In this document: piece after piece, positions 10,560 through 21,471 of the stretch
How the letters are laid out: each line of letters opens with the position of its first letter
Numbering within the stretch: the first letter of the stretch is position 1
Source: Epithemia pelagica
Taxonomy: Eukaryota; Protista; Bacillariophyta
Direction of reading: 5' to 3'
DNA: 64,000 nucleotides
NCBI GenBank assembly: GCA_946965045.2
Contig: OX337228.1
Span: 6,448,001-6,512,000, forward strand
Program-made: the position numbers and the translations under genes
The notes under the pieces: generated by a model
Database searches by the model: none
What the model saw: only the letters and a program-made list of their open reading frames with translations
Told to the model about the DNA's origin: nothing

Positions 10560-11520
10560 AAGAACAGGAAACGATACCTTCGTCCAATAACAAAATGGCT
10601 GGATTCAAGAGAATGACGCGGGCAATGGCAATCCGCTGTTTCGGACCTCCACTCAGTTTGGTTCCCCGTTCGCCAATCAATTCGTCCAGTCCTTGAGGAA
10701 AAGCGTTGGCAATAAAGTCTGCCGCATTCGCTTTGCGACAAGCCTCCCAAATTTGGTCGTCCGTGGGCGCTGCCACAGAGTGGAGATGTACACCATTAGT
10801 GATATTGTCTCGGACCGATAAGCCAAACAAGGTGGGCTCCTGTTGGACTAGGCCAATTTGACCACGGAGTGTTTTCAAATTCAGGTCCCGTACATCTTGT
10901 CCATCCAACCGAATACAACCCTTTTGGACATCGTAAAAGCGCTCCGACAGGGCAATCACGGTACTTTTCCCAGCTCCACTGGGCCCCACGATTGCCGTGG
11001 TTTGGCCCTGACCAATCTCCAAACTAAAATCTTGTAGGACAGGCACATCCGGTCGAGAGGGATAGGTAAAGGTGACATGTTCCATGGCAATACTGTCTTG
11101 CAATCTGCCACTCCATTTTGATGCCTGTTCGACATCATGCGATCCATTGGCCGTATTGTTGTCGGCAGTTACTTGACGATCATGATTGTTACCTTCGTCT
11201 TGTTGTTGGGGATGTGGAGCGGAGGATGGAATTTGGGGTTTTCGATCGAGCAATGCAAAAGATTCGTTGCGACGTGCCGAGTGCTTCAATGCAATTGGAG
11301 ATACTAGGTACTGGATATGTGGGCCCAAATGCCACCAATTTGAAAAATGTAGCTTTGAAAGGCTGTCAAATCTCCCAGTGAAATATGGCCATTGTGGACC
11401 AAGGAAAATAAGCCATACCACAAGGACCCGCACATGGCTCCAAAGCCATGACCAAAAATGACAAACAAAAAGGCGGATCGAACCAAGGATTGCTGATATC
11501 CAATACTGTAGGTTGTCGTT
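10560..11520 (-). pseudogene. Degenerate ABCB-type (TAP/ABCB10-like) transporter fragment
   Basis: Walker A GPSGAGKST, Q-loop LVQQEP, signature altered to LSGGP, Walker B ILLLDE but no D-loop (ATSALD); TM6 region (SLWYG…ISLGDLTAFQSY) frameshifted; 5' part absent. Confidence 0.8.
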
Positions 11521-12210
11521 GTTGTTGTTGCTTCCTCAGGGCCGTTGCGATTCCTCCCACTTATTGTTCGGGATTCTTGCGAATGGACCGACTGTAGCAT
11601 CTTCGCTCTTGACCAAAGGTGTATCATTCCCAGGCAGAACGATGGAAGGGGCAATACACTTCTACTTACGACCTTGAGGGTAAGAGCTGTTGGACGAGGT
11701 GGGAGGAGCAAAAGGTCGTTTTTGTGTCGAGCAAGCGGCACCGCCGACAGAAGAAAAAACAACAGACGAATTCAGACGAAGATCAGGGTTGAGCCGCGGC
11801 GATCTTCGGAGAGGTTGGCGGCTCGTTTGCTTGGGGGAGATCGTTTTCGCATCATCGTGCTTCTTCTCCTCGTCCTTCGACACTTCCCACACGTTCTCCC
11901 TTTTCTTCTTTCTCTGTTGCCGATAAAAGATCGGAGGGTAACCCCAGTGTCAGAACAGGGGCATTTCGAGTGCCATCAGTGGCCTCTGAATTGACAAAGA
12001 ATATAAATATTGAGGAATGAACCACCGTCTTTCCAGTTCCATGAGTAGGAGTAGGTAGGAGTACTCCTAGGTAGTTTATCTCTTTTTGTTGCTATCAAAG
12101 TAGACTGAGTCGCCCGGTGTAGTTCACGAGTATGACGTCGATATCAGATTCGGAAGCTGCTCTTGGGGCTTTCTCTATTCAGCGTATCTTTTGCCCATGA
12201 TCAGAACACG

Positions 12211-14013
12211 ATGTTTCATGGCAAGGTCGTTGCACTTGTCGTTGTTCTGGCCTGTTCAATAGGCCATGTTTCGCCGTTCACCTCCTTGACCTCCCATAAA
12301 TCGCATCTTGAAAGCATCAAGAACAAGAACTTACACCTTCCGGGTCGGCTTCTGCACGATCATCTGCAAGCTGGATCGGAACACGCACTGTCAAGATACT
12401 TCAAAGCTTCAAGAATACAAGGGACGAACGACGACAACGAATCCATGGTGTCGTCTGCACCGAATGGAAACAAAGGGTGGCTTGTCCCTCTCACTCTTCC
12501 ATTATGGCTCATCTTCATCTCCAACCAATGGAGCCGATCGTCCATCTACTACCTTGTCGACTTTTCGGCTGATGCTCAAGCCTTTAAAGCTCTCAATGTA
12601 GACATTGGCTTTTCCGAGGCGGAATACGGACTCTTTGCTTCAGTGGCATTCACTTCCTTGTTTGCCATTGCCTCCCTCGTGGCCGGCGCCACGGCGGATC
12701 GGTTCAATCGCAAAACCTTGACCCTGGCGTCGGCCTTGGCGTGGTCCCTGGCCACATTGGGCACAGCCTTGTCTCATTCCTACTTCCAGATTGTTCTCTG
12801 TCGTATTTTGATGGGATTGGCCTGTGCTTTTACGGCTCCGGCCGCCTTTACCTTGATTCGAGACCGTGCTCCACCGGAACGTGCTGCATTGGCCTCGAGC
12901 TTTTACTCTACGGGCATTGCAGTCGCTAGTGCACTCGCATCCCTGTCCATTTTGTTGGATGATCAACTGGGCTGGAGAAATGCCTATGGATTGGTGGGAA
13001 TCTACGGTCTGGTTGCACTTGTCATTACCTTTCTCCTCTTGGAAGATGATCCGCAGAATAACAGTGTGCTTGATGCCAGCGAAGCGACCATCGAGGAGAG
13101 CAGCACTGCTTCCAGTGTTTGGAACGATGTCAAAGATGTTTTTGCAACCCAACGAGTGCAACTGATTCTCCTGGCATCTCTCTTTCGATTCTCGTCTGGA
13201 CTCATGATCGGAGGTAAGCCTACTGGAAGTCTTCCCACAATTGGACGTCTGTTTGCAGAACGTCAATCACTGGACTCACGCTGAATTGACTTGTTTCTGA
13301 TGTCTGTAAAAGTTTGGAGTGGTCCGTACTTTCGGCTTGCCTTTGCCGATAATCAGGCGGACTATGCTGTAGCACAAGCCGCCATTAGTGCCATTGGTGC
13401 TTCGGTGAGTGGGTTGATTGGAGGAGCCACGGCGGATTGGTTGGTGGCCAATGCGTCACCCGACACGATCGATCCCATTGGACGGAGATTGTGGATTGTC
13501 ATTGTCGGATCCATTTTGGCCGCACCGGCATGGTACTGGGCGGTACAACCGGACCAATCCTTCCAAGTGGCCATGACCTGGTTGGCAGCCGAGTATGTGG
13601 CAGCCGAATGTTGGTTTGGACCCACTGTCAGTACCATTCAATCGACGGTGGGTCCCAAAATTGGGGGCACGGCACAAGGAATTTTTACCCTCACAGCAGC
13701 CACGGCCAATTTTGCACCCACGGTACGTAGCGTCAATGGTCTTCAAGTACGACACGATGACAAACACAAGCTTCCGGGAAAAAAAAACACTCATGGAGAT
13801 TTCTTTTGCGTGTTTTGTTGGCAACAACACTCGTTATAGATTTTGGGCTTGCTTTATAGCCAATCCTTGGCCGATGCAATTGATACGTCCGGTATCGAAC
13901 TCTCTCATTTCTTATCCACGGGGGTCAGCGCTTGTTACCTTGTGAGTGCCGTCATTTTTGTCTTGGCGGCCCGAGCCGAACCACCCACAGACAAAAAGTC
14001 CAAAGCCTTGTAA
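12211..14013 (+). CDS. MFS transporter (Spinster-like), probably plastid-targeted; exons 12211-13213, 13313-13722, 13840-14013
   Basis: MFS motif A (AGATADRFNRK), about 12 TM segments; signal peptide plus SP|FTS motif; both GT-AG introns splice in frame. Confidence 0.88.
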
Positions 14014-14276
14014 GAACGTAAGAAGAATAACACATCAGACTTCTAGTAGTAGTATAATAGCATCATGACAAGACATTGCATGCACTAGAGGGGAAAATGG
14101 TAAAACGATCTGAATCCTTAGTTAGGAGCACAACGTTCCCCTAGTCTACCTGCCTACCTACCTACCATTTTCCCCGCGCGGGAGACGTCATCTGGTATGC
14201 CAGTCGCGCACACAGAATCCAGTCGCCTTAATCCACCGCATCGCCGCTCTCTCAACGTTATATATCACCATTCACC

Positions 14277-14648
14277 ATGTCGAGTCGAAGATCGGGGTCT
14301 GCTGTTGTATCTATCGTTGTCGCTGCGACAGTAGCCGCCATTGGCTGTGGATGCATTTGTAAGTTCGTGTTCGAGACGTGAGAGAATTGGTCTACTCCAT
14401 CTGACGAACGACTGTTTTGTGGTCTCTGTTTGGACGAAATCGGTTCGCTTCGCAAAGATCTCCCCTTTATTGCGGACAAGGACAAGCTGCGAGGCCTGAA
14501 TGAAGACGCAGACAAGCAATACGAACAAGTTCTCAAGGCACAATTAAAAGAAATGAAGGCAAAGCAACTGCAAGAAAAGATGGAAGCGGAAAATCCAAAA
14601 CCCCACCAATCGTCCATGTGGAAAGCCCTTTCGTGGGGCCAAAAATGA
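14277..14648 (+). CDS. Small single-pass membrane protein with coiled coil; exons 14277-14358, 14458-14648
   Basis: MSSRRSGSAVVSIVVAATVAAIGCGCI|YLPFIADKDKLRG…; GTAAGT..AAG intron splices in frame. Confidence 0.7.
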
Positions 14649-14890
14649 CGCAGTGCATCCGCAATCCACACTCGGAGTAGTAGAGGGTGTGAATGGGGTG
14701 AGGGCATGTTTCACCGAATGGAAACCATTGTTTGGGAACGAGCAACAACGAAAACGGTGTCCTCGGATGCATCCTCTGTTACCATTTGGCAAAACCCTCT
14801 TACAAAGGCTCCATACACAATTCGACAACTAGAATGCGTGATTGCAGATTGAACGTTTGAACATTGTATTATACCCGTCTCAAAATCATC

Positions 14891-15654
14891 CTAAAGAACA
14901 TTCATAGATGTAACTTCGGCGGACTGTACTTCATCTTCCATTTCCAAAATCTTGTCAATCACATCATCCGAACTGTAAATATTACAAAGAGTGTTAGACC
15001 ATCCATCCATTGGACGAATTCACCAAAGGTTCGACCGTGACGTCGACAAAAGATACAGGAGATAAACACGTCCCGAAACATTCAAACGACAAGTTAGAAC
15101 CGAAACAACCAACTACAGTTGAATTCGTGATCCGACAAACGATATACATCGTTGCAGGGGTTAACGTACCTGTTGTTTACTCCCATTACAAATGTACATT
15201 GGATCTTTTTGATTCCAAAGGCCACATCGGCCAAGGTACAGTTTTCTCCCCACTTGAGTCCATCTTGAACCACGGTAGTGGTGATTTTCTTCCAAAGTTG
15301 CATCAAATCTTGTTCCACATCCCACGGCTTGACTTCAATCGCCACCAAGGTTCGTTGCTTGGCTTCCTTCTTGGCCGTACGTTCTTCGGCTTCTTTCTTG
15401 AGTCGGGCCAGCATTTCGGCACGACTTTCCTTGGGTTCCTCCTCGGCTTCGGCATCGTCATCTCCAAAGACATCAAAGTCATCGTCGGCAGATTCTTCTT
15501 TCTTTGCTGCAGCAGCCTTCGGGGCAGCCACGACGGGAGCCATGACCTTTTTGGCCACGTTGACGGCCACGGATGTGTACGAGACCTCGCTGTTGGCGTA
15601 GGTCAGAGCAATGCGCAGCTCGTCCATGGCAATGTCGTAAGCGGGAAGGGCCAT
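14891..15654 (-). CDS. EF1B: Translation elongation factor 1-beta/delta; exons 15654-15170, 14972-14891
   Basis: DDDFDVFG motif, IEVKPWD…GLKWG…VAFGIKKIQC…EVQSAEVTSMNVL; GTACGT..CAG intron. Confidence 0.93.
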
Positions 15655-15930
15655 CTTCTTATGTTTTTAAGTTTCAACTTTGTGATTGGAAAGAACGAAT
15701 GGGTTGGAGGTTTGATTTTTCGAGATCCAACAATGACAAGCAACGACAAAGGGTCAAAGCTTTGACTCTATAGCGCGTCGACGGTCCAAGCAACAAGCAA
15801 TGGAGGAGATGAATGGCCCATCGAACACGCACGCATGGCACAAGATTCGTCCGAATGAGTCGCGTATTAAATTCGTGACACACGTCTGTCACCCAAATCG
15901 CCCACAGAAAATCTTGAACCATTGACCATC

Positions 15931-17103
15931 ATGAGCGGCAACAACACAACAACAAGCACGGCAGAAGTTCAGCATAATGAGGAACCATCATTCCCACGAA
16001 ATAATGAGGAAGACGATGGAGGAACGCTAGTCGGTCCCATGTTTTTAGTGGCAGTTGCTTTGGCCTTGGCCGTGGCGGGGAGCTGGGGATGGGCCGTGAT
16101 AGCCTTGTTGTTGGCCATTTTGTTTGCCGTGTGCCTCATGACCGGAAAGATTGAGCACAAGTCCCAATATGAGATTCGTTTCAATGTAATTCATCCGGGG
16201 GACATTTTTATGGAGATGCTTCAATGGGAAACGCGCTACCTGACCTTCTATGAAGAGAACAACAACAAGTTGGAGGATCCACAACTCGTCCAAGATGGCC
16301 GAATCCTCGTATTGGCGGGCATTCACGCCCAAATTCGAAAGCTTAAAGAAGGCAAGCTAACGGATACTGTTGCAGTGATTGGTCTGGAATCGGTCTACTT
16401 AGTGTTTCGAAGATTTGGACGAGATGATCAAGTGTTGATAGCTGCAATCTCGTTATTGGCTTTGATTGCCAAGAATGACAAGGTTCGAGAAAAAATACTC
16501 TTTGAAGCGGATGCATTTGGATTAAATTTTCCAATCAAGGCCCTTTTCGATGCGCTGGAACGAGCCAAACTGCTGGAACACAATTCCGAACAAGAAGTTC
16601 TTGCGGCCGAACTGCAACGCAAAGGATTTCTGCTTCTAGGGGCCCTTTGCGATGGATCTACCGAACTGGCGCAGCTTGCCGTTCAAGAGGGAGCTTCCGA
16701 TGCCGCTCTTGGTGCTATAAATTGGTTTCGATGCCATTCCGAAGTTGTCAATTGGGCATTATGGACCTTGTTTATCTTTTGTTATGAACATGCTCCCAAC
16801 AAGGTCGCGGTAATACAGGGTGAGGGGATTCCGATTGTTATTGAAGCCATGCGGCATTGCTCCGACAGTCTGGAAGTGTCTCGGCATGGAATTGCGCTTC
16901 TCTTTGATATCATGAGAGATGAGACGGCAGATTGTCAACCAGGAGGACGGTCGCTTGACATTTGGCGGTTACGAGCGACGGCTCAATCTGTTGGTTTGCA
17001 TCAAGTGCTGTTGGAGATTCTGCACAAACATAGTGAGGCTTCGGATGTCGCTATGATGGGTATGGAGCTTCTTGCTGGCACAGGCTACAGCAAGACAACG
17101 TAA
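15931..17103 (+). CDS. Membrane-anchored armadillo/ARM-repeat protein
   Basis: Two hydrophobic helices near the N-terminus, then ARM-like helical repeats (GIPIVIEAMRHCSDSLEVSRHGIALL). Confidence 0.7.
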   Translation: MSGNNTTTSTAEVQHNEEPSFPRNNEEDDGGTLVGPMFLVAVALALAVAGSWGWAVIALLLAILFAVCLMTGKIEHKSQYEIRFNVIHPGDIFMEMLQWETRYLTFYEENNNKLEDPQLVQDGRILVLAGIHAQIRKLKEGKLTDTVAVIGLESVYLVFRRFGRDDQVLIAAISLLALIAKNDKVREKILFEADAFGLNFPIKALFDALERAKLLEHNSEQEVLAAELQRKGFLLLGALCDGSTELAQLAVQEGASDAALGAINWFRCHSEVVNWALWTLFIFCYEHAPNKVAVIQGEGIPIVIEAMRHCSDSLEVSRHGIALLFDIMRDETADCQPGGRSLDIWRLRATAQSVGLHQVLLEILHKHSEASDVAMMGMELLAGTGYSKTT

Positions 17104-17222
17104 ACGCGTTGGCTTTGGCCATAGCTGACGCATCAAAGTCCACTGGGACATGTTTGCCGCAGAAACTGGTGGATTTGTTCATAGAACTGGGTACTACCAC
17201 ATATTCCAGTTGTTTTTTAATC

Positions 17223-17885
17223 GGAAACGCGCTACCCGACTTCTATCAAGAGAACAGGTCTGAGGATCCATATCCGAATCCTAGTATTGGCGGGCATTCA
17301 TGCCCAAATTGGAAAGATTAAAGAAGACAATATAACGGATACTGTTGCAGTTCTTGCTGCCGCACTGCAACGCAAAGGATTTCTGGTCCTAGGGGCCCTT
17401 TACGATGGATCTACCGAACTGGAACTGCTTGCTTTTCAAGAAGGAGCTTCCGATGCCGCTCTTGGTGCTATAAATTGGTTTCGATGCCATTCCGAAGTTG
17501 TCAATTGGGCATTATGGGCCTTGTTTATCTTGTGCTTTGGAAATGCTCCCAACAAGGTCGCGGTCATACAGGGTGAGGAATTCCGATTGTTATTGAAGCC
17601 ATGCGGCACTGCTCCCACAGTCTGGAAGTGTCTCGGTATGGAATTGCGCTTCTCTTTGATATCATGAGAGATGAGACGTCAGATTGTCAACCGGGAGGAC
17701 GGTCGCTTGACATTTGGCGGTTACGAGCGACGGCTCAATCTGCTGGTTTACATCAAGTGCTGTTGGATATTCTGGACAAACATAGTGAGGCTTCGGATGT
17801 CGCTATGATGGGAATGGAGCTTCTTGCTGGCACAGGCTACAGCAAGACAACGTAAACGCGTTGGCTTTGGCCATAGCTGATGCAT
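17223..17885 (+). pseudogene. Tandem partial duplicate of the ARM gene 3' part (16227-17133) with deletions and a frameshift
   Basis: High nucleotide identity including the 3' flank; about 225-bp internal deletion at an AGT microhomology; 1-nt loss near 17578. Confidence 0.9.
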
Positions 17886-18561
17886 GTTGGTTGATCTGAT
17901 TTTCCCTCAATCGCTTTGTTTGTTCCTGATTGATGACAACCATATGTAAGACCGAGCGAGTTTGATGATGTTTGCTCGCAATCCTTCGTTCTCCTTCTAT
18001 GATCTACTCTGACATGGATCAAACCATCAAGGTGTACCACAAGGATCTTGTGTCATCAGTGATTCCAGTTAGAAAGGATTACATTCCCTTGATCACTTCG
18101 TTTGTTCATGTTTGATGACAACCCATCCAAGGCGGACAATGTTCAATAATGAAAACCTTACACTTCCGGCTGTATGGTGGATGATCTACTCTGACACGCT
18201 TCAAACCATAAGTGCTATGACAAGAACCTTGTACTATCAGAGATTCCGCTTGGTTAGCCTCATATTCCCTGGATCGCTCGGTTTGATACCGGCTTCTTTT
18301 TGTGCGACAAGGCTAACATTACCAAATACTATCACAAATTACAGCTGGTACGTCTATTTCATTTTACTGGAGAGCTGATGATCCATCAAGCACTAGTTTC
18401 TGTACAGATGGTGGTCTCGCGTTTGACACATCGAAACTATTTCCCCCCAAACTCACAGCAGCCAGCACAAACAGTATCTGACGCGTCCATTCTTTCACAT
18501 GTTGCCATTCCATAAATGAGATTTTAGTAACACACCCTCCTCGCGTCAGAGAACAGCCGTC

Positions 18562-19080
18562 TTAGACAATTTCTGGGTAGACATATTGTATTCCCCAGTC
18601 ACCGAATTCTTCAAAGAGAATTTGTCCTCCACCATCCGCATCAATAATTCCAAACTCTTTGTCCGCATCCTCGATTTCCACACCCAGCTTGCCCAGCTTC
18701 TTGATACCCTTTCGGAACTCATCGATATCGATGCGGCGGTCATGGCCGGTGTCGAGAGAAGAAAAGATCTCCCATAGAAAGGTGTACTTCTTCAAATACA
18801 CAAAGAAAAGTCGAAACTCGGAAAACTCAATAAAGGACTCGCCTTCTTTTGTAAGATTCTTCCCATCGTCCTGGGCAACATGGCATGCCGCCTTGAAGGC
18901 CCGCATAATAACCGGCTTGGGAAGCTTCTTGCCAATTTGGATCAACGCTCGATCGCATTCCGCCAGGGACAGGTATCCATTGCCGTTGGGATCAAAGAAG
19001 CGGAACATTTCCTTACGCTCTTCTTTTCCCTTGAGCGTCTTCTCTGTAGGAAGCGTTTCAATAAGCGGTGTCAACTTCAT
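18562..19080 (-). CDS. EF-hand protein of the flagellar calcium-binding protein (calflagin)-like family
   Basis: RKEMFRFFDPNGNGYLSLAE…PVIMRAFKAA…FIEFSEFRLFFVYLKKY…LDTGHDRRIDIDEF…IDADGGGQILFEEF. Confidence 0.8.
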   Translation of the reverse strand: MKLTPLIETLPTEKTLKGKEERKEMFRFFDPNGNGYLSLAECDRALIQIGKKLPKPVIMRAFKAACHVAQDDGKNLTKEGESFIEFSEFRLFFVYLKKYTFLWEIFSSLDTGHDRRIDIDEFRKGIKKLGKLGVEIEDADKEFGIIDADGGGQILFEEFGDWGIQYVYPEIV

Positions 19081-19378
19081 TCTGGTCAAAAACACAAGTT
19101 GTGTATCGTCGTCTTTCAATGGTATGAGAAGGAGCACCTCCCGCGACAAAAAAAATTCGCTGATTGTGTTCCTGTTTGCTCCGTTGTTGTGTGTGTTTCT
19201 GTGAATCAATCCCCCAAAACGAAAAAGGGGGGCTTGGGCTTGGGCATGATGCGAGAGCGAGACGCGTGGAACGTGGAACTCTATCTATGGACGGGCGGGC
19301 GTGATTTTTGCGAGCCGATCCCTCGCCCGAACGCCAGCCGACTCCCAATCAAAACTACCTCATGCTCAAAGTAAGCTA

Positions 19379-19917
19379 CAAGCTGAGTTCAGACAGAATG
19401 TTCCTGTCGTAGCACTCCAGTAGGATTTCTACGTAATACGCGCCAGCCATCTTTGTTAATATAGCCCTTATAATTATGCCTCTGTTGTGCAAAGTGCTTC
19501 CGAAACTCGACAATCTCGCGTTCCCCCAGAAAAACTTCGTTTTGTACGAGACTATCGTGCGTGGGGTGCATCCGATGATCATGTTGTTGTGGATGATGCC
19601 AACCGTTTGAGCTGTTGCCCCATTGGTGGTGGTCGAATAACACCCTAAGGCACCTGGATGCAGCTCGGCAACATCTCGAACGGATGGGGTGGCCCTCCAC
19701 CATGGTCAACACAGTCGACTGTTTTTTCGTAATTTTTGATGAAAAGCTAGCGTTCGGAAGAAATCACACATAACACTAAAGTTAATAAAATATTTATTTC
19801 AGCCACTAGGAAGTCGCTAGTCGGACGCTAATAACGCAGAACGCTTTCCAGGATTACTCCTCTGGTACAAATTCTACAGGAGTCTACGACAGGAACACAC
19901 TCCCTGAACTCAGCTTG
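19379..19917. mobile_element. MITE (539 bp) with about 54-bp imperfect TIRs and TA target-site duplication (Tc1/mariner-type)
   Basis: TA|CAAGCTGAGTTCAG… at 19377 and …CTGAACTCAGCTTG|TA at 19919; first 14 nt perfect; similarity extends over 19379-19432 vs 19865-19917. Confidence 0.8.
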
Positions 19918-21125
19918 TACCCCATTCCCATGTTGGTTTCGGTGCCGATGCGAGCAAAGGGGCTTACCACCGTTCCGGCGGGAGGTCCCACTGAATGGGA
20001 CAAGGGAGGGATTTCATCGACTCGACTGAGTGGAATCTGAATGGCCGGAACAACCCACGTGCCACAGGAACACTGAGAGCCGGACCAATGCCAGGTTCCT
20101 AATTTGGTGCCACATTTGGGACAGCCAAACTTTCCCTCAAAGGCAGACATGTCACCCATCCACGGCAAGCCGTCGCGAAGAAAATGCGATTGACAAAACG
20201 GCCGATCAGGGGCGGACGTACGGTGTAATACGGAACCATGATTCACTTTGCGGGCCGAAAACGAGTGTCGGGCAGGAACATGCGGTGGATCCTCGAAATC
20301 GTCTTGACCAAACAGCACCGTCCGACATTTCCGGCAGGTGTACCGAGTTTGATCCGCATTGATGCAGTGGGGGATTGAAATGGGGGTGGTTTCTGTAGAG
20401 GATTCGCCATTCCGAGGATCGTCGGATTCGTCCTGCTGTTCCATGACTGCGTGTTCCACAGTAGTGTCCAATGATTTCGTCGGCGGACTCGACATTTGGA
20501 GCAATCGATCTCGTACTATGCCACGCGCAAAGTCTAGGACAAACTTTGCCATTTTCCCTGGACCCAGTGTATGCAAACGGGTCGCTTCGGCCTTCGCGTC
20601 GGGGCTCAAGATTCGAAAGGCCTCCAGTTCTTGTGTCATTGTGGCATATTCTGGATTTGGTTGAATGATTCCACATGGGAGTTCTTTTCGAGACATGGAC
20701 TCCACGAAGGACCGTATTTTCGACACGTCTTGGTCATTTTCCAATCCTGCGCCAATGGCCAGGGCCGAGATTCCTGCAAATACGGGCAACTCTTTGTTGG
20801 AGGACGTAGTTTCGGAGGATACTGCTTCTTCTTCGTCAAAGAATGGTAATAGACTCGATGGTTTGGTGTTCGTCGCTTGTGGCCCATAATAGTCGACGCT
20901 CGAAAGGTATCGAACCACGGTTTCGTGTTCATCTTGGTACGATCCAAACACGGCCACCGCGGGCAAAAATTCCAATGCAACTGGTGATGAATGGTTCGTC
21001 GCATCTTCCTCCTCCTCCTGAACTAGTTCGGAGAGCAAGTGGGCCACACGGCTTGCCCTCGTCTTGTTAGGTGCCACGAACAGAACACGACAGGTCGGCT
21101 CCTCCTTGCCTCCATTTTGCTTCAT
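19884..21125 (-). CDS. YVH1/DUSP12-like zinc-binding-domain protein without a recognisable phosphatase domain
   Basis: YTCRKCRTVLF…CQSHF…PWM…GKFGCPKCGTKLGTWHWSGSQCSCGTWVVPAIQIPLSRVDE; no HCx5R motif. Confidence 0.8.
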   Translation of the reverse strand: MKQNGGKEEPTCRVLFVAPNKTRASRVAHLLSELVQEEEEDATNHSSPVALEFLPAVAVFGSYQDEHETVVRYLSSVDYYGPQATNTKPSSLLPFFDEEEAVSSETTSSNKELPVFAGISALAIGAGLENDQDVSKIRSFVESMSRKELPCGIIQPNPEYATMTQELEAFRILSPDAKAEATRLHTLGPGKMAKFVLDFARGIVRDRLLQMSSPPTKSLDTTVEHAVMEQQDESDDPRNGESSTETTPISIPHCINADQTRYTCRKCRTVLFGQDDFEDPPHVPARHSFSARKVNHGSVLHRTSAPDRPFCQSHFLRDGLPWMGDMSAFEGKFGCPKCGTKLGTWHWSGSQCSCGTWVVPAIQIPLSRVDEIPPLSHSVGPPAGTVVSPFARIGTETNMGMGYKLSSGSVFLS

Positions 21126-21471
21126 GGTTTGTAGATTGTGCTATCTCATTCTTGTGTTGTGGTGCCATGGTATGGCTGGATTGGATGGAGGTGAGACGTG
21201 AGACACCAGACGTGCTGCCCGCGACTGAGAGGTCGCGAAAAGGGTGACTCATTCATCGGTCGCGAATCGCTGTATCGGATCCATCTCGGAGGGTGATGAT
21301 GACGTACGAAGTAATCCGACGCAGGTTGTCGATGTCAACTGTGGATCGCGATGATCCTCGAGAGAGTCGTTGTCTTTTGTTGTGTAGTGTGTAAGCTTTG
21401 ACACTTTCTCACATCATCATCACAAGTCCGCTCACGTCTTTCCCCAAAACAAAACACTTGAATATCCCATC

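Noticed and set aside
17900-18540. Possible transposon remnants here and at 1500-2500, 27900-29400, 57060-57400 and 63480-64000
   Set aside because: Short ORFs with no recognisable domain, TIR, LTR or TSD.
19376-19712. Transposase remnant inside the MITE (…KMAGAYYVEILLE…)
   Set aside because: Only a faint resemblance to Tc1 DDE segments, and it runs into the TIR; cannot be supported without a profile search.
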